Assembly: GCF_006345805.1 (NCBI RefSeq)
Contig: NW_021833704.1
Coordinates: forward strand, 8,186-72,185
DNA length: 64,000 nt
From: Octopus sinensis
Taxonomy: Eukaryota
Direction: 5' to 3'
This document shows positions 63,501 through 64,000 of the stretch, in pieces. How positions within the stretch are numbered: position 1 is the first letter of the stretch; the number at the start of each line of letters is the position of its first letter. The notes beneath the pieces are model-generated. The model was not told where the DNA came from and did no database searches. It saw nothing but the letters and a program-made list of their open reading frames with translations. Made by a program: the position numbers and the translations under genes.

Positions 63501-63881
63501 GGAGGCGCAATGGCCTAGTGGTTAGGGCAGCGGACTCGCGGTCGAAGGATCGCGGTTTCGATTCCCAGACCGGGCGTTGTGAGTGTTTATTGAGCGAAAA
63601 CACCTAAAGCTCCACGAGGCTCCGGCAGGGATGGTGGTGATCCCTGCTGTACTCTTTCACCACAACTTTCTCTCACTCTTACTTCCTGTTTCTGTTGTAC
63701 TGTATTTAAGGGCCGGCCTTGTCACTCTCTGTGTCACGCTGAATATCCCCGAGAACTACGTAAGGGTACACGTGTCTGTGGAGTGCTCAACCACTTAACG
63801 TTAATTTCACGAGGCAGGCTGTTCCGTTGATTCGGATCAACCGGAACCCTCGTCGTCGTAACCGACAGAGTGATTCCATCC
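63501..63881 (+). mobile_element. SINE family C with 11-bp TSD
   Basis: TSD ACAGTGCTAGA at 63490-63500 and 63882-63892. Confidence 0.9.
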
Positions 63882-64000
63882 ACAGTGCTAGAATAAAATA
63901 CTTTAGAAACAGAAAATATCAATTTTATTTTTTAGTGGATAATTTACATTATTACGGGAATGACGATGAAAATTTAAGTACGCTGTCAAAGGGTTAAGTG

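Overview
Eukaryotic, AT-rich, repeat-dominated DNA. The SINE families, 5S-like sequence and microsatellite load suggest an octopus/cephalopod genome (inference, no database search run). No host protein-coding gene can be supported; almost all listed ORFs are translations of (TACA)n, (TATC)n, (TA)n, (CA)n or trinucleotide repeats. Supported content: (1) six insertions of Tx1/L1-clade LINEs, every one flanked on both sides by same-strand (TATC)n; (2) Penelope-like element (PLE) fragments with a GIY-YIG C-terminus; (3) several non-coding elements carrying minimal type I hammerhead ribozyme (HHR) motifs, chiefly a ~484-bp x ~6 tandem array with one HHR per unit (retrozyme-like), mostly abutting (TA)n and with an inverted partial copy at the 5' side; (4) three Tc1/mariner pseudogenes plus MITEs; (5) an R4/Dong-like restriction-endonuclease LINE end within (TAA)n, and RTE fragments; (6) three tRNA-derived SINE families, one of which shares its 3' tail with the Tx1 LINE; (7) a 5S rRNA pseudogene. 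The most interesting signals are the HHR-bearing (TA)n-associated system and the (TATC)n-targeting Tx1/SINE pair. Coordinates were read by hand and may be off by a few bases.
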